Part shown: positions 1 through 8,320 of the stretch, in pieces
How the letters are laid out: each line of letters starts with the position of its first letter
Numbering within the stretch: the stretch's first letter is position 1
From: Planctomycetota bacterium
GTDB lineage: Bacteria; Planctomycetota; Planctomycetia; Pirellulales; Pirellulaceae
Assembly (NCBI GenBank): GCA_046051705.1
Contig: JBJONT010000049.1
Location: forward strand, 4,470 to 68,469
DNA: 64,000 nucleotides
Direction: 5' to 3'
The notes under the pieces: model-generated
The model's input: the letters and a program-made list of their open reading frames with translations, nothing else
Told to the model about the DNA's origin: nothing
The model's database searches: none
Position numbers and translations under genes: made by a program

Positions 1-6
1 GCCTCC

Positions 7-963
7 CTAAACAACATTGCTGCGATGGAACTGGATGTCGAGTGTTCGCAAGTAGGTGTGCAAGCCCGCGTCTTGGATAGGCATCAGGTAAGCTGGTTTG
101 CCTGATTCGTTGTGGTGCGAATGCCACCAGCCTGGTGGCGTGATAAATGCCCCGCCGCTTTCCCAAGGAACTTTCACCGGGTCGATTAGGTTTCCATCCG
201 CATCGACTTTCTCACTGACCATGGTGTAGCACCCTGGTTCGCATTCGAGGATTAAATCCAAGGCAACGGACTTGTGCGCATGCGGAAGTTGATTGGCACC
301 GACGGGTAGAATTCCTAGCATGGCCCAAAGGACATGGGTGATGGTAAGCGTTTGCGGGAAATGGGTATTGGTAAGCAGGACGCTGATGCGACTGCGTTGT
401 GCCGCAAGTGGATCTGCTGCTGCTTCTTCGAGCGCTTGGCGCGATTGGGCGTGAGCGTAGAGTGTTGGTTCGAATTGGGGGTGTGAAGGGGTTACTCCCA
501 AGTAACGCATCAGCGGTTCATCGTTGACCCAATAGAATACTGTCTCTTCCGTAGCGGAGTGAATGATGTCTTGCCCGCAGGGAAGCGTCACCAAGTCACC
601 TTGTCGATAGGATATTTCTTGTTCACCGAACCGCATGACCCCTGTTCCTCGCAACGCGTAAAACAAGTGCGATGTTGCGCGGTTGGGGGTCGCTAAATGT
701 TCCCCGGCGCGGATTCGAACGAAACTCGCAAGCAAGCTTGCGCTCGATGCAGGAGCGGAGCAGCGAAGTTGTTCGCTGATATCCAAGGGTAGGATTTGCG
801 ATGGGCCAGAAGCATGAATGCTGGCGGGGAACTGAATGATCGGGATGGCTGGTATTGCACCGGAAGCAAGTGGGTTGGAGGCTTTGCTGTACTCCAGATA
901 TCCACCATCGCGCGTCAGGTCCGTAATTGCCGAATCGTCGCCAGTCAGGTCGTCTCGTGTCAT
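7..963 (-). CDS. Cupin-domain protein, gentisate 1,2-dioxygenase-like bicupin
   Basis: ORF 7..1065, likely start MTRDDL at 963. Two cupin-like halves, with His motifs HAHKSVALDL and TPPGWWHSHHNE. Confidence 0.65.
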   Translation of the reverse strand: MTRDDLTGDDSAITDLTRDGGYLEYSKASNPLASGAIPAIPIIQFPASIHASGPSQILPLDISEQLRCSAPASSASLLASFVRIRAGEHLATPNRATSHLFYALRGTGVMRFGEQEISYRQGDLVTLPCGQDIIHSATEETVFYWVNDEPLMRYLGVTPSHPQFEPTLYAHAQSRQALEEAAADPLAAQRSRISVLLTNTHFPQTLTITHVLWAMLGILPVGANQLPHAHKSVALDLILECEPGCYTMVSEKVDADGNLIDPVKVPWESGGAFITPPGWWHSHHNESGKPAYLMPIQDAGLHTYLRTLDIQFHRSNVV

Positions 964-1048
964 GATTCTCTTTCCGTTACGTGCCGTGACGTTTGATTGC
1001 GTTACGCTACGTAGAAGTGCCAACACATGCGGACGAACTACGTAGCAT

Positions 1049-1089
1049 GAAAAAGAGACTTGCAACCGGGCTCAAGGTGGAACCCGGTT
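1049..1089 (-). terminator. Possible intrinsic terminator after the MFS/SEC-C genes
   Basis: 7-bp stem AACCGGG (1064-1070)/CCCGGTT (1083-1089) with a 12-nt loop. A T-run follows about 10 nt later on the minus strand, so this is a weak candidate. Confidence 0.3.
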
Positions 1090-1141
1090 CTTTTCAATAT
1101 TCGCCAGTCGAAAGAGAATCCTTTGTGCCAGCGAATAAGGC

Positions 1142-3268
1142 TTAGTCAGGAACCCATAGTTTCGAGCCACCGGAACCCGAAGGACCGGAGTTCCCCGAAT
1201 CTGGGGTCCAGAGTCCGGACGATGGATCGGTGTTACCACCCGCGGCGTCGGAGATGATCCCCCCTGCCCCACCGGCTCGAGCAGCCATTTGTCTTTGTTG
1301 CATCATGGCCATTTGGACAAACCGCAGCAAAGCTGGATCATTTGGGTTCTCACGCAGCGACGTTTCTAAGAACTGTCGAGCTTCTCCTTGGCGACCGAGC
1401 ATCGAAAGAATTTCGAAGCGTTCGAGGACAGCGTTGCCGACCGGCACGCCGAGTTTCTTGCCTGCTTCGATGATGCGAGCTAGGGTTTTCTCTGCTTCTG
1501 CGGCATCGCCGGAAATGCGAAGCTTGAGATTGAGCAAAGTGTATTCAGCAGAAAGCTTGAGTTCTTCCGGCCACTGTGTCGCTTCGGCTTTGGAGATGTA
1601 AGCCGAGTACATCGACGTTACGCCGCGTGTCAAAGCGGACTGCATTAGCTGCACAAGGCTTTGCGGGTCGATGGTTTCGAGGTCGGTCCAGTAATAAGCA
1701 GCACCACCTACGGTGTCGAACACATCGGAGCTCGATGGCAACGATGGTGAGGAGACTTGGAGCCGTTTGTGCAAGCTACGGAAATCTGCATCATCGAGCG
1801 ATCCCATGTTTTCGGATTGCCATAGAAGCAACAAAGCTTGAAGCGAAAGCCGATTTTCCGAGGTGCCTGCCGACTCAAGAATCGATTTGTTGCCGAGACA
1901 TTCGAGCTTCAAGTTCAACACTTCGTCGGTCATCAAGGTTTTCGCAAGATCCTTGATGGACGCTTGGCGTTCTTCTGGGATTTGTTTGGTGGCGATCAGC
2001 GGGTTCATGCCACGGCTGTAATACAGGACTGGAAAGGACTCGACAAGTTCGCGTTTGAGGCCGTCGAGACCGAGCTCTGATCTCACTTTAGCGCAAAGTT
2101 CCTTTCGGTATCCGTCGAAGGCTTCGAGCAATACGATTCTGGCCGGCTTATCGGTTTGCTTTCCGTAGTAAGCCATCCAAGTTCCTTGTCGGCTGACAAA
2201 GACTTCGCTGGATTCGGATTCGGTTACGGGAGCGATCAATCCGTAGGCGTTCTTCGGCGGGACTTCTTCTTGGAGCAAAGCGTCGAGAATTGGACGCAGT
2301 TCATCCACCTTCACCTCCATCAAGGACTTGCTCGCTGCAAGGCGTTGTTCGATTTCGGCGTCTTCAATGCTGTAGACGACGACTTCTTCGCGGATGGTGA
2401 TGCCTTGGGAAGCAGGTGCAAGTTCGAATGCGAGAGCTTGGTAGTAAATGCGTTGCGCTTCTGGAAGAGAGGTCGAAGCCGCGAGTTTCGCGCAAGTCCC
2501 CGCAGCGGATTCTTCGTCTGTAAGAATCAGTTGGCAGTACAGGAGGGTTTGCAAGATGGCTGGTTGCGGACCGAATTCACGCAGCATCGATTCGAGTTTT
2601 GTTTTCGCTCCGCTAATGCGTTGAGCAGTGACCAACGCTTCGGCTTCGGCGAGTCGTTCTGCGAATGGTGCGTTTTCGTAATCGATGATCGATGGTAGCG
2701 ATTCACGTTGCAGTGAGCTTTCCTGAGCGCGCGTAATAAGCGACTCGTAGGCTTCCATCGCCACCGACTGGGTGTTCTCGTCCATGTCGAGCAGCATTTC
2801 GCACAGCAGGATCGCTGGCAACATCTTGCGTCGCTGACCGAGGAATTCAAGCAGATTCATTGCGACCGTAAGGGTCATCGGGTGGATCTGCTCGCCGGAG
2901 TCGGCGATCGATTGGAGCAAGAGGTTCGCGGCATCTTCGGTATTGCCGCGAATGATCGCAACCAACGATCGGTAAAGCTTCGCGAGTGGATTATCGGGCT
3001 GAAGCCGGATGAATTTCGCCGACGTTTCTTCGAGAGATTCGAGTTCTCGAAGTTGCAGCAACAGATCGCACTTCATGGCCAACAACCATGGCTCGGAAGG
3101 CATGGTTTTCAGAAGGACATTGATCCGATCCAAAGCCGCAACATTTTGTTCACCGACAATCATTCGGTGGATTTCTTGCATCTCGGCAAGATGTTCGCTG
3201 CACTTGCAAAACTTGATTTTCTTACCGTTCCCGCAAGGGCACAAACTATACTGATCGAGTGAAGACAT
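1142..3268 (-). CDS. SEC-C zinc-motif protein with helical TPR-like repeats
   Basis: Likely start MSSLDQ at 3268. N-terminal CPCGNGKKIKFCKC resembles SEC-C (CPCGSGKKYKxC). The body is helical and the tail is Gly/Ser-rich. Confidence 0.7.
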   Translation of the reverse strand: MSSLDQYSLCPCGNGKKIKFCKCSEHLAEMQEIHRMIVGEQNVAALDRINVLLKTMPSEPWLLAMKCDLLLQLRELESLEETSAKFIRLQPDNPLAKLYRSLVAIIRGNTEDAANLLLQSIADSGEQIHPMTLTVAMNLLEFLGQRRKMLPAILLCEMLLDMDENTQSVAMEAYESLITRAQESSLQRESLPSIIDYENAPFAERLAEAEALVTAQRISGAKTKLESMLREFGPQPAILQTLLYCQLILTDEESAAGTCAKLAASTSLPEAQRIYYQALAFELAPASQGITIREEVVVYSIEDAEIEQRLAASKSLMEVKVDELRPILDALLQEEVPPKNAYGLIAPVTESESSEVFVSRQGTWMAYYGKQTDKPARIVLLEAFDGYRKELCAKVRSELGLDGLKRELVESFPVLYYSRGMNPLIATKQIPEERQASIKDLAKTLMTDEVLNLKLECLGNKSILESAGTSENRLSLQALLLLWQSENMGSLDDADFRSLHKRLQVSSPSLPSSSDVFDTVGGAAYYWTDLETIDPQSLVQLMQSALTRGVTSMYSAYISKAEATQWPEELKLSAEYTLLNLKLRISGDAAEAEKTLARIIEAGKKLGVPVGNAVLERFEILSMLGRQGEARQFLETSLRENPNDPALLRFVQMAMMQQRQMAARAGGAGGIISDAAGGNTDPSSGLWTPDSGNSGPSGSGGSKLWVPD

Positions 3269-3409
3269 AGGTTCAACCGTGATTGTCGTGAATAAAGTGA
3301 TTCCGCATCGCCCAAGTAAGACCAAACCGGCCCTTGGGCGGATCGAGAGTTTACCACAGAAACCGAGGATCCCGCTAGGTGCCAACCACCCAGCGGGCAA
3401 CAGCAAGGC

Positions 3410-4813
3410 TTAGTGAGCGGGAGCAGATGCCCCGTCGAGCGTGGCGTCCACTTGCTTAGGTGGATGGAAGAAGACCGCCAAAGCAATGGCAGCCAACGCC
3501 GCAACGGCACTTGGAAATAAGAACATATTCTTAAAATCCACCGTCTTCGACTCCACACCATCGATCAGGGTTGTGGAGGTAAATACATTTTCCATCAACC
3601 AAGGGCAAACGGAATTGGCAACCAACGCGCCGACCCCGAGAATCATCACGTTAAAGAGCCCTTGAGCGCTGCTTCGAACGTCCTTAGGGAAGTAAGCATC
3701 GACGAAAATGTAGACCGTAGCGAAGAAAAATGCGTAGCAAATCCCGTGGAGGATTTGGACCAGGATGATCAAGTTTTGGTTTTCAGGGAAAAACGCATAG
3801 ACAAAAAATCGCAACGCATGTCCGAGAATTCCAACGATCATCGTCCATCGCCATCCAAGGTTTTTCAGGGTCATCCCCAAGAAAAACATCGTCAAGATTT
3901 CGGCGATTTGGCCGACGCTCATCACGGGCATAACCCAGTTACCTGCGATTCCAACCCCGCCGGCTTCGCGTGATGCCTGCAAGAATCCACCGGTCCAGTT
4001 AAAGTAACAGTTGTGGACAAAGGCATCAATGAAAGTGACCAACCACAAGACGAGCACAAACGGATGCTTGAGCAATCGAATCGCTTGAAGTGCTGCGAAA
4101 CTCTCTTCCTGTCCGGTAGGCTTCTTGGCTGGTGTGTGAGGTAGCAAAAGGCTAAAGGCAGCTAGAGCAATAGACGCGATCCCTGCAACGATAAAAGTCC
4201 ATTTTGTTGCGTCCATCAACGCGTCGCCCGTTAGACCACTTCCCAGGACAGTTCCGAGCCATGCGACGAATCCCTCAGGCTTCGCCGCTTCAACTTTGGC
4301 CCAATCGACGAAAATGAATGTGAACGGCCATGCTGCCAAAATCCAACCGATCGTTCCACCCATGCGGACGAGCCCGAATTCCTTGGCCGGATCCTTCATG
4401 TTGGCAAACGCAATCGAATTGGTAATCGAAATGGTTGGCACGTAAAGCAAGCAGTGAACGAGCATTAGCAGGAAGAACGGGACGAAGGATTTGGTAAATC
4501 CGCATCCCATGATGGCAAGGCCACCGACCAAATGGCTAAATGCCAAGAACTTTTCCGCCGAGAAGTTCCTATCTGCCCATTGATTGCTGAAGAACATCCC
4601 GATGATTGCAGCGACGGGGAATGCATTGAGGATCAAGGAAACTTGCCAAGGCGTAAAACCGATGCCGGGCAGATAGGCGAAGATTAGAGGAAGCCAAGCT
4701 CCCCAAATGAAAAACTGTAGAACCATCATCAGGAAAAGTTTCAAACGGATTCCACCCTCTGACGATTCTCCAGCTGCCGTGGCTTGGCCCGCTTGCGTGT
4801 TTGTTGAACTCAT
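3410..4813 (-). CDS. MFS transporter, nucleoside:H+ symporter (NupG/XapB-like) family
   Basis: About 12 hydrophobic segments. Motifs MMVLQFFIWGAW, ADRNFSAEK, VRMGGTIGW and HGICYAFFF. Confidence 0.8.
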   Translation of the reverse strand: MSSTNTQAGQATAAGESSEGGIRLKLFLMMVLQFFIWGAWLPLIFAYLPGIGFTPWQVSLILNAFPVAAIIGMFFSNQWADRNFSAEKFLAFSHLVGGLAIMGCGFTKSFVPFFLLMLVHCLLYVPTISITNSIAFANMKDPAKEFGLVRMGGTIGWILAAWPFTFIFVDWAKVEAAKPEGFVAWLGTVLGSGLTGDALMDATKWTFIVAGIASIALAAFSLLLPHTPAKKPTGQEESFAALQAIRLLKHPFVLVLWLVTFIDAFVHNCYFNWTGGFLQASREAGGVGIAGNWVMPVMSVGQIAEILTMFFLGMTLKNLGWRWTMIVGILGHALRFFVYAFFPENQNLIILVQILHGICYAFFFATVYIFVDAYFPKDVRSSAQGLFNVMILGVGALVANSVCPWLMENVFTSTTLIDGVESKTVDFKNMFLFPSAVAALAAIALAVFFHPPKQVDATLDGASAPAH

Positions 4814-5063
4814 AATCGCTTGCACTCCCGAACTGTCTCAAAATCACGACGCTGATGCGCCGTCAAAGGTCCCTAATCTCTTAGACATTCACCCTGAAAT
4901 CAAGTACCCTGCGGAACTTCGGTTCGGAATACCCGTGCTATAATCGCCCGGCATGCGGGTTGCCCGACCTGAAACCTGCTTCCTCCCAAACTTTAAGTCT
5001 CACCGACTTGAATCGCCTGCGGATCCCGTTTGAACCAATCCACTCATCGTTTCCAAGGTCCCT

Positions 5064-7799
5064 ATGTCCGATGGCCCCCATGATTCCGTGTTGCTTCGAT
5101 ACCACACGCCGGTTGGACATTATGACGAATTGCTTGCTCCCGATAGGAACGATCCACCCGGTTTTGATTCGACCGGTTTCGTGCAGTCTCAGGAAGCGAC
5201 TCAAGGGACGCACCACCGCATCCGCTCGGAGTATTTGAAGCTTTTCGATTCGAACACCAGTGGTCTCGAAGGACTAGCGCGATGGAAGGGGGCGAAGCAA
5301 TCCCTCTTGGATCATCCGCCAGCTTCGACGGGCCAGAGGATCAAAGCCGGGGCGCCGCAAGCTTGGGAGCTCGATCCGATTCCCGTTGTTATCGGTCCTC
5401 AAGATTTCGACGAACTTGCCGCCGGAATTCGGCAACGGATGGACTTGATCGACTTGTTGCTGCGCGACGTCTATGGCCCACAGAAGTTGTTGCGAGACGG
5501 GCATCTTCCACCGAGTTTGCTTTTTGATGCGCCGAGTTATCTTCGAGCCGCGCGCAACGTGACGAGCCCTCCTGATCGAATGCTCAGCTTGTACGCCGTC
5601 CAAGCCTATCGGTCGGGTTCGGGCAAATGGTTGGTGGCTGCGGATCGCACTCAAGGGCCGAGCGGTGGCGGGCACGCAGTGGAGAACCGTCTGGCGATTT
5701 CTCGAATCCATGCGGATAGCTTTCAAGTGATGCAAGTCCAGCGCTTAGCGGGCTTTTTCTCAAGTCTGCGAACGGGGCTTCAAGATGCCGCCGCCCGTGA
5801 GCTACTGCGGCGCGAACCAAGAAGTGAGCAAACTTTAAAAGAGAATTCGGGCAAAGAAACCGGCAAAGAGAAGTCGCGGGAGAAAGGAGCACGCACAGTG
5901 CTGCTCAGCCCCGGGGTACAGAGCCCGACTTACTTCGAAGATGCTTACCTTGCGCGCTACCTGGGATTCACTTTAACTCAAACAGCAGATCTAACCGTCC
6001 GAGGGGGGAACGTATACCTAAAGACCCTCGGAGGATTGGTCCGGGTGGATTCCATACTACGAAGACTTGCCGATAGCAGTTGCGATCCATTGGAAATCGA
6101 TCCGACAAGCAGCGATGGGGTACCAGGTTTAGCACTCGCTGAGCGGCAAGGAAACGTGCATATGGCCAACTCCTTGGGAACCGGTTGGTGCGAGAGCCCT
6201 GCGGTTACTGCGATGCTCCCGAAGCTTGCTCCGATTCTCTTAGGCGAACCGCTTCGATTGGAGAATAGTCCCATGTGGTGGTGTGGCGAACCGTCAGCTC
6301 TGGCTTTTGTGCGTGATAATATTGAACACTTATTGATTCGTGATGCGTTTGTTCGTCACTCCGGAAATCAAATCGATGGTGCGTTGCTTTCCGCGAACGA
6401 GCGGCAGCAATGTATCGCGCGCATCGAACAGCAACCTTGGGCTTACGTTGCCTCGGAACGTCCCCGACTGAGTTACGTGCCGACTTGGGCCGAGCAAACC
6501 ATCGTCGCTCGACCCGCTATCTTTCGCTTCTTTGCCTGTGCGAGCAAAGACCGAATCGAAGTGCTGCCGGGCGGTGTTGCGCGTGTTGCTCATGATGAAA
6601 AGGAACTCGACGAGAGTCTCGCCTCGGGAACGCTCAGCAAAGACGTATGGGTGTTGAGCGATGGACCGGTCAAGCCAACGACATTGCTCAGCGGAAATCG
6701 CCAGTCGGTCGAATTGAAAAGATCCGCGATGGATCTACCTAGTCGTGTCGCCGAACATTTGTTTTGGTTGGGGCGATTCGCCGAACGTGCGGAGTTTATG
6801 GCTCGACACGCAAGGTATTGCACCCAACAACTCACCAGCGATCTGAGTCCAGAGGTCCTCACCGCGCATTGGCAAGTGGTCCGAGCGTTGTCCGATCCTG
6901 CGAAGAATCTCATCGAGCAAACTGCTGGTGGCGAACCCGCAGTGGTCGATCCGGTGGAGATCGATATGCAATCAGCGACTCAGCGGATGCGCAAAGCTGT
7001 TTCTGATTTTTTGCTCGATCGCAAACGCTATGATGGTATTGCGGGCGCTATTGACGGGATCCTACGCAACGCTGAGAACATTCGAGACCGGCTGAGTTTC
7101 GATTCATGGCAGATTATCTCGAAGCTCGATTATTCAGTTCTAATTCCTTGGGCGACGCCACGAAATACCGTTGGCGATACGCTGTTGATCCTCAACCAGA
7201 TCATCGGCTTATCTTCGGCATTCGCCGGACTAGCTTCGGAGAGTATGACGCGTGGGCCGGGTTGGCATTTCTTGGATTTAGGCAGACGAATCGATCGAGC
7301 GCAGAATTTGCTTCGGCTCCTCGATGATCTTCTCGTACCCGTTTCTAGCAATATTCAATCCGCCGGAACCCGGCGCATTCTTGAAGCCCTCCTGGATATC
7401 TGCGACAGTTCGATGACTTACCGTTATCGGTATTTGATGAGTTATGAACTCGGTCCGGTTTTGGATTTGCTGGTGGTCGATCAAACCAACCCCCGAGGCT
7501 TGGCATTCCAGTTTATGCAAATCGTCAATCACCTCGATGCATTGAATGTCGGTGATAAAACCGAACTGCTAGAGCAGCGAAAGCGGATGTCGGAATGCCG
7601 AGGAGCTTTGAGATTGCTTGATCCCGATGCGATTGGAGACGAAATCGCAACCGATGCTTCGACGGGTGTGAAGAATCGCGAGCATCTGCGCACGCGGCTT
7701 GACGAATTTTCGAAAGCCTTGAACGACTTGGGTGATTTCGTCACGCGAAGGTTCTTAACCCACACATCGATTCGCCAGCTTCAAGACATGGTGATGTGA
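5064..7799 (+). CDS. Circularly permuted ATP-grasp type 2 protein fused to alpha-E (DUF403) domain
   Basis: Motifs WELDPIP, ADRTQGPSGGGHAVENR, YFEDAYLARYLG, LPGGVARV and SKDVWVLS, then SRVAEHLFWLGRFAERAE and FLDLGRRIDR (alpha-E). Confidence 0.88.
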   Translation: MSDGPHDSVLLRYHTPVGHYDELLAPDRNDPPGFDSTGFVQSQEATQGTHHRIRSEYLKLFDSNTSGLEGLARWKGAKQSLLDHPPASTGQRIKAGAPQAWELDPIPVVIGPQDFDELAAGIRQRMDLIDLLLRDVYGPQKLLRDGHLPPSLLFDAPSYLRAARNVTSPPDRMLSLYAVQAYRSGSGKWLVAADRTQGPSGGGHAVENRLAISRIHADSFQVMQVQRLAGFFSSLRTGLQDAAARELLRREPRSEQTLKENSGKETGKEKSREKGARTVLLSPGVQSPTYFEDAYLARYLGFTLTQTADLTVRGGNVYLKTLGGLVRVDSILRRLADSSCDPLEIDPTSSDGVPGLALAERQGNVHMANSLGTGWCESPAVTAMLPKLAPILLGEPLRLENSPMWWCGEPSALAFVRDNIEHLLIRDAFVRHSGNQIDGALLSANERQQCIARIEQQPWAYVASERPRLSYVPTWAEQTIVARPAIFRFFACASKDRIEVLPGGVARVAHDEKELDESLASGTLSKDVWVLSDGPVKPTTLLSGNRQSVELKRSAMDLPSRVAEHLFWLGRFAERAEFMARHARYCTQQLTSDLSPEVLTAHWQVVRALSDPAKNLIEQTAGGEPAVVDPVEIDMQSATQRMRKAVSDFLLDRKRYDGIAGAIDGILRNAENIRDRLSFDSWQIISKLDYSVLIPWATPRNTVGDTLLILNQIIGLSSAFAGLASESMTRGPGWHFLDLGRRIDRAQNLLRLLDDLLVPVSSNIQSAGTRRILEALLDICDSSMTYRYRYLMSYELGPVLDLLVVDQTNPRGLAFQFMQIVNHLDALNVGDKTELLEQRKRMSECRGALRLLDPDAIGDEIATDASTGVKNREHLRTRLDEFSKALNDLGDFVTRRFLTHTSIRQLQDMVM

Positions 7800-7880
7800 A
7801 ACATTTGAGAGTCACTACGAGACTTGATTCTCGATTAGACTTTCGAACCAATGTCTCACTCAAAGAAGCAAAGACGCAGC

Positions 7881-8288
7881 GTAGTGCGGTTCTATACGTC
7901 GCGTTCCTATCCGTAGCACGTTCCTATACGTAGTACGTTCCTATACGTAGTACGTTCCTAGACGTGGTGCGGTCCTCCGGGCCGCGAAGCCGAGCGCAGC
8001 GAGGCGTCGAGTGCGTGATGCGTTCCTATACGTGGTCCGCTCCTATAAGTAGTGCGGTTCTATACGTAGTTCGGTCCTGAGCGTAGTGCGGTCCTCCGGG
8101 CCGCATAGCCGAGCGCAGCGAGGCGTCGAGTGCGTGATGCGTTCCTATACGTAGTCCGCTACTATAAGTAGTGCGGTTCTATACGTAGCGAGATCCTAAA
8201 AGTAGTGCGGTTCTATACGTAGCGAGATCCTATACGTAGTGCGGTCCTCCGGGCCGCATAGCCGAGCGCAGCGAGGCGTCAAGTGCGT
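7881..8288 (+). repeat. 17-bp-phased tandem array with three 51-bp GTAG-hairpin (REP-like) modules
   Basis: 17-mers such as GTAGTGCGGTTCTATAC, interspersed with a 51-bp module GT(A/G)GTGCGGTCCTCCGGGCCGC...CCGAGCGCAGCGAGGCGTC(G/A)AGTGC at 7964, 8083 and 8236. The spacings are 119 (7x17) and 153 (9x17). The array lies between convergent genes. Confidence 0.9.
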
Positions 8289-8320
8289 CTAAAATACCCG
8301 CCACCATCGGGCCACTGTCC

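Noticed and set aside
7989-8002. CCGAGCGCAGCGAG matches, from memory, a 14-nt string near the ColE1/pUC origin
   Set aside because: The match is too short, the flanks do not continue into vector sequence, and it is embedded in a native repeat. It is not evidence of contamination or of a plasmid origin.
7881-8288. CRISPR array interpretation of the three 51-bp repeats
   Set aside because: The intervening DNA is itself made of 17-bp repeats rather than unique spacers, the spacings are unequal (68 and 102 bp), and no cas genes are in the window.
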